A DNA stretch of 64,000 bases, taken from NCBI GenBank assembly GCA_963822585.1, contig CAWGIE010000019.1, positions 128,001 to 192,000 on the forward strand, written 5' to 3'. Source of the DNA: an uncultured bacterium (GTDB taxonomy: Bacteria; Auribacterota; Erginobacteria; Erginobacterales; Erginobacteraceae). The notes below the pieces were generated by a model. It was not told where the DNA came from and searched no databases. It saw only the letters and a list, made by a program, of their open reading frames with translations. Positions 12,573 through 22,954 of the stretch are shown piece by piece (position 1 is the first letter of the stretch; every line of letters begins with the position of its first letter). Position numbers and translations under genes: made by a program.

Positions 12573-13880
12573 TTACGGCAGGTTGCGCAAAGCGTCTTCC
12601 AGCCAGTCGAGAATGCGCTCACCCGATATCATGATCGCTCCCATCTGGCAGTGTTCTTCGGCCCCTTCCTCTGCGGTAAAGAGCATGTACTCCTTCGGGC
12701 ACCGCAGGGCGTTGAAGAGATGTTTGGCCTGACCGGGAAGATCTTTATCCCCTTCCGAATCGACGACCAGCAGGGGGCATTTTATCTTCGCTGCGCAGTC
12801 CTTCATCGTGTACGGTTTGAGCATCTTCAGGAACTCGCCGGGGGAGGCGGTCCCGAACGTGAACATGCCGTTGGCGAAGAACCAGCCGAGATTGACGTTC
12901 GTCTTCATCTCCCGCATTATTTCCCGGTCGAATTCCTTTATCCCGTCCCGGTCAGCGATCATTTTCTCGGTACCCGGCGGGCATTCTTTCATGCAGTTCT
13001 CGTAAAAGTCATAGACTCCCCCGTCGGCGACACAGACGGCGAGCCGGTCTTCGAAAGCCGCGGCCCGCGGGGCGAGGTAACCCCCGAAGCTGAATCCTAT
13101 CAGCGCGATCTTTGCCGGATCCGTCTCCGGCAGTTTCAAAGCGAAATCCACGACCGGTGTCACTACCGTCTCCCAGTTCGGGCGGAAGGGGATCTTCTGC
13201 TCCCGTATCACTCCCCCCTGTCCCGGTCCCTCAAAGAGTAGACAGTTGAACCCGCGCTCCGCGGCCAGAGAAGTAATCTCGAAATAAAGTTCCTCGGCGG
13301 TGCCGTCGAAACCGCTGTGGACGATCAAGAGCGGCCTCTTTTGCCCGGAATCGTCCACCAGGCAGAGATATCCGGGCAAGGTGGTATTCTCAAAAGGTAT
13401 CCTGACGGATTTAACAGGACGTTCCGAGAGTTCAGATGCTTTCAGAAAACAGTCGCGGCTCTTCCTCCAGGTCTCCGCGTTTCGAGGGTCCCGGGGATCG
13501 GAGACGAGAAAGAACATGGCGGTCCGGTAATAATTGGAGGCACGCAGATAGGCTTCCCGGGCGCTCTCCCGGTAATCCTCCTGAAGGAAAACGTTCGCCG
13601 CTTTTTCCAGCCGTCTCCCTGTCGCGGACCATTCCCGGTACCAGCTTTCGTTATCCCCTTCCTTGATCCGGCAGGCCGTGCTCAGGCACTCGGCGATGTC
13701 CGCGCCCCCGGTGCTGCTGTACCCCATGGTCCTGAGGCACTGAAATGAATACTGCGGGTCCTTGAAAACGCATTCCACGGCTTTCACTGGACTGCCCAGG
13801 GTACAAATGAATATGGTCAATAAAAGAAGGTCGACATATATCCGGTTTCTATTTTTACTCTTCATGTTCACACATCTCAT
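12573..13880 (-). CDS. Secreted alpha/beta hydrolase (FrsA / 2,6-dihydroxypseudooxynicotine hydrolase-like)
   Basis: Nucleophile elbow GFSFGG; motifs FEGPGQG, LRASNYYRTA and C-terminal EGAEEHCQ. Confidence 0.85.
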   Translation of the reverse strand: MRCVNMKSKNRNRIYVDLLLLTIFICTLGSPVKAVECVFKDPQYSFQCLRTMGYSSTGGADIAECLSTACRIKEGDNESWYREWSATGRRLEKAANVFLQEDYRESAREAYLRASNYYRTAMFFLVSDPRDPRNAETWRKSRDCFLKASELSERPVKSVRIPFENTTLPGYLCLVDDSGQKRPLLIVHSGFDGTAEELYFEITSLAAERGFNCLLFEGPGQGGVIREQKIPFRPNWETVVTPVVDFALKLPETDPAKIALIGFSFGGYLAPRAAAFEDRLAVCVADGGVYDFYENCMKECPPGTEKMIADRDGIKEFDREIMREMKTNVNLGWFFANGMFTFGTASPGEFLKMLKPYTMKDCAAKIKCPLLVVDSEGDKDLPGQAKHLFNALRCPKEYMLFTAEEGAEEHCQMGAIMISGERILDWLEDALRNLP

Positions 13881-14144
13881 CCTGAATGGGTTTTATGGGT
13901 TTCTTCCATTTTTCATGGGGAGGAAGCAGAATGTGGTGACCTTCTATCCTACCACCTATAAAGTATATTTATGGATAGTTATTCATGCCGACTTGAACTG
14001 ATCCAGCCATAAGCGGGAGGAATAGCAGGATCAGCTTTCTGTTTAACTTTCCGGATAACCAGCCAACCATTCCCCATTCCCTATTTACAAATCACCCGGG
14101 GTGACATATAAGATACCCCTTTTCAACCCCCCTGAATCCGAACC

Positions 14145-15536
14145 ATGATCGATAACCTCATAACCGCTCTTTACCTCCTGACCGTCCTCCTGATCGGGAT
14201 CTGGGCCGGCCGGAAGGTCAAGAACCTCCAGGACTTCGCCGTCGCCGGACGCTCCTTCCCGGCCTGGGTCATCTTCGCCACCCTCTCCGCCTCCTTCATC
14301 GGGGGAGGTTTTTCCATCGGCAACGCGGAGAAGGTATTCCTTTACGGGATCGTCAACATCTTCGCTCTCTGGGGGTTCAGCCTGAAGGAACTTCTCGTCG
14401 CCGGGTTCATCGCCCCCCGGATGGGCCGCTACACCGACTGCATCTCGGTCGGGGACATCATGTTCCGCCACTACGGAAAGGCGGCCCGGGTGATCACCGG
14501 TATTCTCTCGGTGATTCTCTGCGGGGGGATCCTGGGAGCCCAGGTCAGCGCGATCGGCTATATCTTCAACGTCTTCCTCGGCATGGACCAGATCTACGGC
14601 ATTCTGATCGGGTGCGGGATCGTGATCGTCTACTCGACGATCGGAGGAATGCGGGCGGTCGTCTTCACCGATATTTTTCAATTCGCCATCCTGGCGATCG
14701 GCATCCCGGTCGTCCTGGTCTTCGCCACGATCAAGGCCGGGGGGGTCTCGGTGATCATGAATTCGGTTCCCCCCGACCGTCTCACCCTCCTGGGACCCAA
14801 GACCGTCATCGCCTTTCTCTCCCTCTTTCTCACCTTCGTCGTCGGTGAGACCCTCGTCCCTCCCTACGTTCAGAGGCTCTTTCTTTCCCGGGACGTGAGG
14901 GCTACCCGGCAGGGGACGCTTCTGAGCGGGCTCTTCTCACTTCCCTTCTTCTTCATCACCGGCGCCATCGGGCTGGTCGCTCTCGCCCTCTTCCCCGGGA
15001 TCGATCCCAATCTCGCCCTCCCCTATACGATCAAGCACGTTCTCCCGGCGGTGATGCAGGGGATCGTCGTGGCCGGCGTCCTCTCGATCGTGATGTCCTC
15101 GGCCGACTCCTTCCTCAACGCCGCCGCGGTCGGCGCGGTCCAGGACGTCGTCAAGCCGCTGCTTCGCACCTCGACCCGGGGTGAGTTCGCCATCGTCAAG
15201 GGGATCAATCTCCTCACCGGCATCCTGGCCGTCGTCTTTGCCGTCAACATCAGAAGCATCCTCGATATCCTCATCTATTCTTACCAGTTCTGGTCCCCGG
15301 TCATGCTCGTTCCGCTCGCCGCGGCGATCATGGGGGTGAGGGTAAGGGCGGGGAATTTTTACTGGGGAATGACCGGGGGGGTGCTCGGTGTCCTGATCTG
15401 GAAGTTTATCCTCGGCGACCCGTTCGGCGTTGACGGGTTGATAATCGGGGTGGTAGCCAACGGCGTCTGCTTCGCCATATCCCGGCGCGTGTTATCAGTG
15501 CCGCCGCCGGGGACACATACAGTACCCTCCATTTAA
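14145..15536 (+). CDS. Sodium:solute symporter family protein
   Basis: About 12-13 TM segments; motifs DFAVAGRS, YSTIGGMRAVVFTD and SIVMSSADSFLN. Confidence 0.9.
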   Translation: MIDNLITALYLLTVLLIGIWAGRKVKNLQDFAVAGRSFPAWVIFATLSASFIGGGFSIGNAEKVFLYGIVNIFALWGFSLKELLVAGFIAPRMGRYTDCISVGDIMFRHYGKAARVITGILSVILCGGILGAQVSAIGYIFNVFLGMDQIYGILIGCGIVIVYSTIGGMRAVVFTDIFQFAILAIGIPVVLVFATIKAGGVSVIMNSVPPDRLTLLGPKTVIAFLSLFLTFVVGETLVPPYVQRLFLSRDVRATRQGTLLSGLFSLPFFFITGAIGLVALALFPGIDPNLALPYTIKHVLPAVMQGIVVAGVLSIVMSSADSFLNAAAVGAVQDVVKPLLRTSTRGEFAIVKGINLLTGILAVVFAVNIRSILDILIYSYQFWSPVMLVPLAAAIMGVRVRAGNFYWGMTGGVLGVLIWKFILGDPFGVDGLIIGVVANGVCFAISRRVLSVPPPGTHTVPSI

Positions 15537-15776
15537 AAGGAAAGGGGATTTTCATCGATACTCCTCTTTTCTTACCAGCCGAAGGCCGTAATTCCGGGGA
15601 CGGTCGCCGGAAAGGTTATCGTGCGGGCGACAACGGGTAAGCCGAGAGGCATGTTTTCGTACTTCAATCAAGTCTCCCTGGCCACAATCGGCGGAAGCAT
15701 GGCCGGCCCGGAGAAGGGATACAATCTATCGCGTATATCCAGTATCTAACTAATCGGCAGGAAATATTAAAATAGG

Positions 15777-16112
15777 TCACATCATTCGCGAGTTCAACGT
15801 GTGCATTATCCAGATGGTTCCGGCCACAAAAATGAACAACAATAATGCAGTAAAGGTTATCGCTATAAGATTCCAGCGCTTGGCGGAAGACCGATCGAGA
15901 TGCAGAAAATAATGCAGATGGACTAATATTTGCAATGTTGCCGTAACCAAAAGCCCGATTGCTGTAATCCGTTTCGAGGCTATATCGGTCAAAACCAGTC
16001 CGAAGGAAATTATTGTTAAGAAGACCGCAAGGATGAAACCGGTAGTATAGTTTTTAGGAGATAAATCTCCGGCGCCCGTGTTTTCGTTATCAGCCCGTTT
16101 CACTTCTATCAT
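15777..16112 (-). CDS. cyoD: Cytochrome bo3 ubiquinol oxidase subunit IV
   Basis: Motifs YTTGFILAVFLT and QILVHLHYFLHL; last gene of the cyo operon. Confidence 0.9.
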   Translation of the reverse strand: MIEVKRADNENTGAGDLSPKNYTTGFILAVFLTIISFGLVLTDIASKRITAIGLLVTATLQILVHLHYFLHLDRSSAKRWNLIAITFTALLLFIFVAGTIWIMHTLNSRMM

Positions 16113-16205
16113 TCCTCTTCCATGTTTTTTTGAAACGGCATATTAACAACTATCTTCTTTCGGAACATCTCTCATGGCACCAAACTTCGCAGCGCATGAA
16201 AGATC

Positions 16206-16805
16206 TTACAGAACTTGCAGCAGGTAAACGACGGTAAATACGCCGACCCAGACGATATCGAGGAAGTGCCAGAATAAGCCCAGACGCGTTAAACGGGAGC
16301 GCACGGCGCCGCTAGCTCCCTTTTTAACTAATTGGGTCATCATCACTGCCATCCAGAGCAATCCCAAGCTTACATGTGTTCCGTGTGTACCCACCAGGGT
16401 GAAAAAGGACGATAAAAATCCGCTGCGGGAGGGGCCGAATCCCGCCATGATCATCCCGTAAAATTCATGAATTTCCATTGAGACGAATCCTAATCCCAGG
16501 ATAAAGGTAAGCATCAGCCCGCTCAACACCATCTTTTTCTTTTCCCGGCGCAATGCCACCATGCTGAATCCATAGGCAGCGCTACTCGTCAATAACAGCA
16601 TCGTTTCCACAAAAAGAAAGGGGAGGTCAAATAACTGCTGGGGACCGGGCCCACCGGCATAATTACGGCCCAGTACGATAAACGTGGCGAACAACACCGA
16701 GAAAATAACAAGATCGCTCATCAGGTAGATCCAGAAGCCGAATGTTTGTATTTCCAGGCGACCCGGATATTTCAATTCCGCCGTATTCATCGAATAGAGA
16801 ACCAT
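16206..16805 (-). CDS. cyoC: Cytochrome bo3 ubiquinol oxidase subunit III
   Basis: Motifs FGFWIYLMSD, GFLSSFFTLVGTHGTHV and LFWHFLDIVW. Confidence 0.93.
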   Translation of the reverse strand: MVLYSMNTAELKYPGRLEIQTFGFWIYLMSDLVIFSVLFATFIVLGRNYAGGPGPQQLFDLPFLFVETMLLLTSSAAYGFSMVALRREKKKMVLSGLMLTFILGLGFVSMEIHEFYGMIMAGFGPSRSGFLSSFFTLVGTHGTHVSLGLLWMAVMMTQLVKKGASGAVRSRLTRLGLFWHFLDIVWVGVFTVVYLLQVL

Positions 16806-16844
16806 AGTGTTCCGTCGTTAACTCCGCAGTTGTATATCACCAAT

Positions 16845-18824
16845 TCAAACCTTTGCCGCCGCCAGATCCTTAAACCGTTTTTCCTCGATACGCTCTACTT
16901 CCTGGGCGGATATCACATATTCCGTATTGTCCCTGGCCGCTATAAGTATTATGGAAGCGACCACCGCCGCCAGACTCAAAACAACCAGCCACCAGATGTA
17001 CCAGACCATCGCGAACCCGAACGTCAGGGCCAGGGCCCCGATCAGCGGTCCGTACGGAGTTTTTCTGGGCATGCGTATTTCATGATATTTTTGGGGTCGC
17101 GTATAAGCTACGCCCTTTTCTTTCCTATCCCAAAATTCATCGATGGTGTGAACCGTCGGGATAACGGCAAAATTATATTCAGCCGGCGGTGAAGCAGTCG
17201 CCCATTCCAGTGTACGCCCATCCCAGGGGTCTCCGGTCAGATCCAGGTTTTTTTTCCGGTCCTTAATGCTCACAATCAACTGTATCCCCGTGCAGATTAT
17301 GCCCAGTAAGACGATGAAAGCGCCGGCGGCGGCCACAATCAAAAATGGTTGCCAAGCAAGGTTGTCGTAATGTTCCATGCGACGGGGCATCCCCATGAAA
17401 CCCAGCATGTACAGAGGCATAAAGGCCAATATAAAACCGACAAACCATCCCCAGAAAGCACGTTTGCCCCATTTTTCATCCAGACGGAAACCGAATGCCT
17501 TGGGAAACCAATAGTTAAGCCCGGCAAAAAAGCCGAACAGGGCACCGGGAATGAGCACATTATGGAAGTGGGCGATCAAGAACAAACTATTATGTACTAC
17601 AAAATCGGCCGGTGGTATCGACATCAGTACACCGGTCATTCCGCCGATAACAAACAACATCAGGAAGCCCATCGTCCAGTACATAGGAATAGCGAACGTA
17701 ATACGCCCGCGGTACATGGTAAAGAGCCAGTCGTAAACCTTGACCCCGGTCGGGATGGCGATCAGCATGGTAGTAATACCAAAGAAGATGTTTACATCAG
17801 GGGCATTTCCCATCGTAAAAAAATGGTGAAGCCAGACGGTAAAAGACAACAACATGATAACTACCGTGGCGTATACCAATGACTTATAGCCGAAAAGACG
17901 TTTCCTGGAGAAGGTAGCCACTACTTCGGAATAGATTCCGAAGGCAGGAAGAATAACGATATATACTTCCGGATGCCCCCACATCCAGAAAAGGTTGTTC
18001 CACATCATCATATTACCCCCCAGATCGTTGGTGAAGAAATGCATGCCCAGATAACGATCCAGGGCCAAGAGAAGAAGGGCGGTTGTTAATACGGGGAAAG
18101 ACAAAACCATCAGCACGTTCGTGGTCAGGGTGGTCCAGACAAACATCGGCAGCCGCATGAAATTAAGGCCGGGGGCGCGCATTTTAATTATCGTAACAAG
18201 AAAGTTGATCGCCGTTAAAGTCGACCCGATCCCGGACAGCTGGACCGACCACATCCAGTAATCGACGCCCGCCCCGGAATTAAATCTTTTCTCAAAAAGA
18301 GGGGCCAGGCCCGACCAGCCGGTATTGGTAAATTGTCCTATACCCAATGAAATCATTAGCAGCGCGGCCCCGGCGACGGTTAACCAAAGGCTGACGGAGT
18401 TCAATAGAGGGAATGCCACATCGCGGGCTCCGATCTGTTGGGGAACTACAATGTTCATCAACCCGATCAAAAACGGCATGGCCACAAAAATGATCATAAT
18501 GGTTCCGTGTGAACTGAATATCTGGTCGAAATGATGCGGTACCAGATAACCATGGTTGGCACCCGCGGCCAGGGCCTGTTGCGACCGCATCAAGATGGCA
18601 TCGGAAATCCCGCGTAACAACATCACGAGAGCGAGGACGATATACATAATACCGATTTTTTTGTGGTCCAGGCTGGTCAGCCATTCGTGCCACAGATATG
18701 ACCACTTTTTAAAATACGTGATCAAAGCGAACACGATACCGAACAGTATGATGGCGCCGCCGACCGCGGCCATAATGACCGGATTATCGAAAGGTATTGC
18801 CGATATCGATAGTTTACCGAACAT
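16845..18824 (-). CDS. cyoB: Cytochrome bo3 ubiquinol oxidase subunit I
   Basis: Heme-copper motifs GHPEVY, WLHHFF and AHFHN; quinol-site residues in LRGISDA and HHFDQ. Confidence 0.95.
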   Translation of the reverse strand: MFGKLSISAIPFDNPVIMAAVGGAIILFGIVFALITYFKKWSYLWHEWLTSLDHKKIGIMYIVLALVMLLRGISDAILMRSQQALAAGANHGYLVPHHFDQIFSSHGTIMIIFVAMPFLIGLMNIVVPQQIGARDVAFPLLNSVSLWLTVAGAALLMISLGIGQFTNTGWSGLAPLFEKRFNSGAGVDYWMWSVQLSGIGSTLTAINFLVTIIKMRAPGLNFMRLPMFVWTTLTTNVLMVLSFPVLTTALLLLALDRYLGMHFFTNDLGGNMMMWNNLFWMWGHPEVYIVILPAFGIYSEVVATFSRKRLFGYKSLVYATVVIMLLSFTVWLHHFFTMGNAPDVNIFFGITTMLIAIPTGVKVYDWLFTMYRGRITFAIPMYWTMGFLMLFVIGGMTGVLMSIPPADFVVHNSLFLIAHFHNVLIPGALFGFFAGLNYWFPKAFGFRLDEKWGKRAFWGWFVGFILAFMPLYMLGFMGMPRRMEHYDNLAWQPFLIVAAAGAFIVLLGIICTGIQLIVSIKDRKKNLDLTGDPWDGRTLEWATASPPAEYNFAVIPTVHTIDEFWDRKEKGVAYTRPQKYHEIRMPRKTPYGPLIGALALTFGFAMVWYIWWLVVLSLAAVVASIILIAARDNTEYVISAQEVERIEEKRFKDLAAAKV

Positions 18825-18877
18825 GGTAGTGATGCGTCCTTTTTTATGCTGCGGAACGAAAGAGAGCTATACCCGGC

Positions 18878-19774
18878 CTAAGGCATCCGCCTCATCTTCG
18901 CTTTCATGGCAGGCTCTCTTCCCATCCACCCCGTAAACTGCCTGACGATGTGATCGAACAACCCGGGTACAACTGATGAGTAGATCGTAACGGAATGATT
19001 AGCATGGGGCTCGCTCAGCGCCTGGTATTCCGCCATGCTTAAGGTATCCGGGCTTTTCTTGGAGTTTTGCACCCAGACCTCAAATTGCACCGGTGTTTTA
19101 ACTATAGCTTTAAAATGCATGGTAACATAACCCGGGCCGCTGAATTCCTGGTTATGGCCGTTAAAAATTCCGGTTTCATCAGCCAGGAGATGCAACTGGG
19201 TCTGCATGCCGGCCATGGCATACATCTGACTTCCCAGCTGAGGGATGAAGAAAGACGTCATTACCGTAGCAGATGTAAGTCGGAGACTCAAAGGCGTATT
19301 CGCCGGGAAAACAACTTCATTGAGCGTGGCAATATTGTAATCAGGATAGATAAACAGCCAGTTCCAATCCAGCGACACGACTTCAACCCGCAGCGGTTTT
19401 GCCTCTGATTGAATGGGCTTGTATGGATCCAACCGGTAGGTGGTCGTCCAGGTTAAATAGGAAAGGAAGAGGACAATGATTATAGGGGCCAACCATACAA
19501 CTATTTCAATTTTTTTTGATTTTGCCCAATCGGGTCTGTAAGCGGCTTTTTTGTTTGTGGCTCTGTATCTGATAGCGAACCAGAGCGCCATAACAAAAAC
19601 AGGAACCACTACTATCATCATCAGCGCAAACGCGGTATATATGAGGGATACTTCCTCACGAGCTACAGGTCCTTTCGGGTGGAGTACAAGCGACTCGCTG
19701 CAACCAGGTAAAAAAGTCATGGCTAACAATAATCCGCCCGCCATGAATAAGTTGAAAAAACCATTTGCCTTCAT
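18878..19774 (-). CDS. cyoA: Cytochrome bo3 ubiquinol oxidase subunit II (lipoprotein)
   Basis: Lipobox LPGC; motifs LDWNWLFIYP and SFFIPQLGSQMYAMAGM; no CuA Cys motif, so quinol-type. Confidence 0.93.
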   Translation of the reverse strand: MKANGFFNLFMAGGLLLAMTFLPGCSESLVLHPKGPVAREEVSLIYTAFALMMIVVVPVFVMALWFAIRYRATNKKAAYRPDWAKSKKIEIVVWLAPIIIVLFLSYLTWTTTYRLDPYKPIQSEAKPLRVEVVSLDWNWLFIYPDYNIATLNEVVFPANTPLSLRLTSATVMTSFFIPQLGSQMYAMAGMQTQLHLLADETGIFNGHNQEFSGPGYVTMHFKAIVKTPVQFEVWVQNSKKSPDTLSMAEYQALSEPHANHSVTIYSSVVPGLFDHIVRQFTGWMGREPAMKAKMRRMP

Positions 19775-19829
19775 TGCATACTCAAAGATGCAAATAATAT
19801 CGTTACCCGTTCAAGGTGACGAATAAAGG

Positions 19830-20699
19830 ATGCTCAATTCAGTGCGACTATTACGTGCTTATTGGAGGTTAACAAAACCCCGCGTTACGGCAGTAGTCAT
19901 TTTGGCTTCAGTCTCAGGATATTTTTTGGCCGGACACGAGAGCATTTTCGATCCAAGGTTGTTGTATCTTGTCGCGGGAATCGTCTTAAGCTGTTCGGGA
20001 GCTGCCGTATTAAATCAATACCTGGAGCGCAACCTGGATGCCAAAATGCGGCATACCCGCGATCGGCCGTTGCCGGCCGGGACAGTGCAACCTGTCCATA
20101 TCTTGAATTTCGGCACCGTTTTTATTCTCGCCGGCATAATCATATTATGCGTGGGCGTAAATTTATTAACCGCTTTCTTGAGTCTGTTGACCGCTTTTAT
20201 TTATATCATGATTTATACGCCGATGAAGCGGATCAGCTGGCTCAGTACAAGTCTCGGGGCTGTTTCCGGTGCGTTGCCCGCGGTAGCCGGATGGGCCGCG
20301 GCTTCCGGAACGATCAGTCTCGGGGCGTGGATATTATTTTTAATTCTTTTCATATGGCAGCATCCGCACTTTTATTCCATTGCCTGGTTGTATCGCGAGG
20401 ATTACAAGACCGGCGGATTTAAAACATTATCCGTTATCGATACCAGTGGCCACAGGATATTCAAACACGTTTTTATTTATTCGCTGATCCTTATTCCCGT
20501 TTCTTTTTTACCTTACGTTTTTGGTTTATCGAGCGGATGGTACGGCGCCGGCTCATTAACGATCGGGATCATTCTGCTCATTTTCAGCGCCAAACTTTTT
20601 TTTTCGCGATCCGACAGAGATGCCAGGAGATTATTCAAAGCGACCGTAGTCTACCTGCCGACGCTCTTAATGCTGATCATTCTGGATAAGTTGCTTTAA
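19830..20699 (+). CDS. cyoE: Protoheme IX farnesyltransferase (heme o synthase)
   Basis: Motifs LTKPR, NQYLERNLDAKMRHTRDRPLP, YTPMKR and WQHPHF. Confidence 0.92.
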   Translation: MLNSVRLLRAYWRLTKPRVTAVVILASVSGYFLAGHESIFDPRLLYLVAGIVLSCSGAAVLNQYLERNLDAKMRHTRDRPLPAGTVQPVHILNFGTVFILAGIIILCVGVNLLTAFLSLLTAFIYIMIYTPMKRISWLSTSLGAVSGALPAVAGWAAASGTISLGAWILFLILFIWQHPHFYSIAWLYREDYKTGGFKTLSVIDTSGHRIFKHVFIYSLILIPVSFLPYVFGLSSGWYGAGSLTIGIILLIFSAKLFFSRSDRDARRLFKATVVYLPTLLMLIILDKLL

Positions 20700-20925
20700 A
20701 TCAGGAATAATCGGAACACTACCGGCAACATGTTACATTTTGAGAGTAAAGAGCGTGTTGGACAAGTATTGTTTGCTACGGCAAAGCAGACGGTAACGGC
20801 GAATTGAAAACAGGGATGAACCAGCTGAAGATGCAACCACTCCATCGAATTTCCTCCCGACCGGATCGGCGCCAGGTGCCACCGGTCTTCTCCCGGCGGC
20901 GGCGCGGGAAGCCGCCGTCTTTCTC

Positions 20926-21681
20926 CTAAAAGCACGCTACCGGCCCGAAGAGAAACGACTGGTCGGTGGTGGTGGAATGCTCCATGTAATCGTAGCGAGC
21001 CATCACTCCCCAATGCCGGGTCAAACCGACCACGAAGCGGGCGTGGAGCGTCTGAAAATTTTCCTTCATCCCCTGACTGTCCTGATAGTAGTACTTGGCG
21101 GCGGCTTCCAGCATCCGCCATCGCCAGGCGAGCGAGAGACCGTACAGATAAGAATCGTTATTGCGATTGCCGTAGGTCGTGCGCACCCGCTCCCAGGCAT
21201 ATCCGAGATAGGGATTAAGGAAGAGGTGCAAGCCGGCAAGGCGGACAACCGGTCCAGCCTTTACCAGGGGGACGTGGACGTCGATCTCGACCGGATCGGT
21301 GTCAATGCGGTGGTAGAGGTAGCCGGCGCCCAGGTTCCAGGTCAGGTTCGCCTGGGGGTCGCCATAGTAATTGGTGAAGAGGAAGTTGCCCAGCACGTTG
21401 GCCTGGTTGACGTTGGTATAGAAGAGAAAGTCGTTCACGACCAGATGAGGGCTGATCAGGAGGAAGAAGAGGCCGTATTCGGGGGAGGTTTCAGTCTGTT
21501 CCGCGGTCCGGCCTCCGGGCATCTCCATCTTGAGCGTGTCCCGGTTCCAGCCGAAGATCGGGCTGATCAGGCAGATGGTCGTATCGCTGACCGCTGCGCC
21601 CTCGCTGTCCACCTTATCGGCGACCGCCGCTTCGTTTATGACCAGCGTCAGCAGTGCCAGGGTCGCCCACGTCTTTGTCAT
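20926..21681 (-). CDS. Putative outer-membrane beta-barrel protein
   Basis: Signal peptide, alternating aromatic beta-strand pattern, C-terminal Phe. Confidence 0.6.
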   Translation of the reverse strand: MTKTWATLALLTLVINEAAVADKVDSEGAAVSDTTICLISPIFGWNRDTLKMEMPGGRTAEQTETSPEYGLFFLLISPHLVVNDFLFYTNVNQANVLGNFLFTNYYGDPQANLTWNLGAGYLYHRIDTDPVEIDVHVPLVKAGPVVRLAGLHLFLNPYLGYAWERVRTTYGNRNNDSYLYGLSLAWRWRMLEAAAKYYYQDSQGMKENFQTLHARFVVGLTRHWGVMARYDYMEHSTTTDQSFLFGPVACF

Positions 21682-21844
21682 CCCTTTTTTCCTTCTGCGG
21701 AACCGAACTTAAGATTCATAAGAAATCGCTCTGGGGCGAGAAGGTCTTTTGCCGGTTGGGCGGGCCCGGGAAGGGCTTTCTCGAAGAGCAGGGTAACAAA
21801 ATCCGGGAGGGATGGCAAGTCCGGGCGCGGGTGAAGGAATCCAT

Positions 21845-21901
21845 AATTCCGGGGACACACTACTTAATTATTGCAGAATTAAGTAGTGTGTCCCCAGAAT
21901 T
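21845..21901. repeat. Palindromic REP/MITE-like element
   Basis: Perfect 19-bp arms GGGGACACACTACTTAATT (21851-21869) and AATTAAGTAGTGTGTCCCC (21877-21895), extended by AATTCC/AGAATT. Confidence 0.85.
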
Positions 21902-21991
21902 GTCCCGGTAAAACTCTTTGGACTTACGGAGATAAATCTCATACCGGCTCTCCGGTATCTCTCGTATCTTCGGTCTACGGGCTGCAGTCAT
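21860..21991 (-). pseudogene. Truncated HEPN-like toxin gene remnant (43 codons)
   Basis: ATG overlaps the TGA of the upstream nucleotidyltransferase (ATGA). It reads MTAARRPKIREIPESRYEIYLRKSKEFYRD, then runs into the palindrome and stops. Confidence 0.55.
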
Positions 21992-22611
21992 GCCAATATC
22001 CTCTCGATCGGTTCCCCGTAAATCAGCTGATTGTTCGAAAGGATGGACTTAACCAGGGGCAGTTTCTGGTCTCGTTTCTTCTTTAATTCTCTTCGGGTGA
22101 CAACATAGGGTGACAGAGTAATTCCGTTCTTCTCAGCCAACCTGATACTCAATTCATCAATGATTCTCTGGATCGCCTGTTTGCCCAAGGCGTTTTGTGT
22201 CACCACCAACAGATCGAGATCACTTCTCTCCGTCTCTCTTCTCGAAGCAACGCTACCGAAGATAGCAATAGCGATCACTTCTTGCTTGGCTGAAAGAATA
22301 CCGGATTTTAAATCTTTGATCAGATCCTTATACAGAGTCTCCTCCGCCTCGAAAAGAGGCCTGAGGAGCTTCTGGACGATATGGCTTCTCCTCCGGAGGC
22401 TGAAAAGCCTGGCTTTACCCTTTTCTCTCGCCTCAACCAATCCTTCGGAAGTAAGGGCCGAGAGTATTAAGTGAGCCATGGAAGGACTCAGCCCGACGGC
22501 ACGGGCAATTGCCCGGCCGGTGTTTTCATCGTCCTCCCGGAAGAGATACCTCAGTACCTTCACTCTGGAGCCGCTACTGAGTATTTCATCGAGCTTGTCG
22601 TGTACTTTCAT
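21988..22611 (-). CDS. wHTH + minimal nucleotidyltransferase (MntA-like antitoxin)
   Basis: N-terminal HTH (TGRAIARAVGLSPS) and pol-beta motif IFGSVASRRETERSDLDLLV. Start taken at ATG 22611 with an AGGAG RBS. Confidence 0.85.
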   Translation of the reverse strand: MKVHDKLDEILSSGSRVKVLRYLFREDDENTGRAIARAVGLSPSMAHLILSALTSEGLVEAREKGKARLFSLRRRSHIVQKLLRPLFEAEETLYKDLIKDLKSGILSAKQEVIAIAIFGSVASRRETERSDLDLLVVTQNALGKQAIQRIIDELSIRLAEKNGITLSPYVVTRRELKKKRDQKLPLVKSILSNNQLIYGEPIERILA

Positions 22612-22627
22612 CGAAGCATCTCCTGGA

Positions 22628-22669
22628 TATGTTCTATATATCGAACATATGTTCGATATATAGAACATA
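22628..22669. promoter_or_regulatory. Perfect 42-bp palindromic operator upstream of the wHTH-NTase gene
   Basis: TATGTTCTATATATCGAACATATGTTCGATATATAGAACATA equals its own reverse complement. Confidence 0.75.
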
Positions 22670-22801
22670 ATATACATTAAGATCCCCTTCCATTTTTGTC
22701 AAGGGAGATTCTTACAAGGTCGGATTTCCCTCACAAAGTAAGTTTATCCTGAACCGAGGTGAAGGAGGACAAGCTCACAACAATTCAAATCTACGCTCAC
22801 A

Positions 22802-22842
22802 TTTAAAGAGAGGAACCTTCGAAGGAGGCTCCTCTCTTTAAA
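22802..22842 (-). terminator. Hairpin/terminator in the second tRNA-associated repeat unit
   Basis: TTTAAAGAGAGGA...TCCTCTCTTTAAA inverted repeat. Confidence 0.6.
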
Positions 22843-22920
22843 GCCGAAGGTCGGATTCCCTTCGACTCACTTCGTTCGCTCATGGCAAGCTCACCACGCT
22901 CCGAATCTACACTCCAAATT

Positions 22921-22953
22921 AAAAAGGATGGGCCCAAAGGGCCCATCCTTTTT
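22921..22953 (-). terminator. Intrinsic terminator directly after tRNA-Thr
   Basis: AAAAAGGATGGGCCC-AAA-GGGCCCATCCTTTTT perfect stem with T tracts on both strands. Confidence 0.85.
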
Positions 22954-22954
22954 A

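Noticed and set aside
22612..22677. Upstream extension of the wHTH-NTase ORF
   Set aside because: It spans the operator palindrome and RBS; ATG 22611 is the better start.
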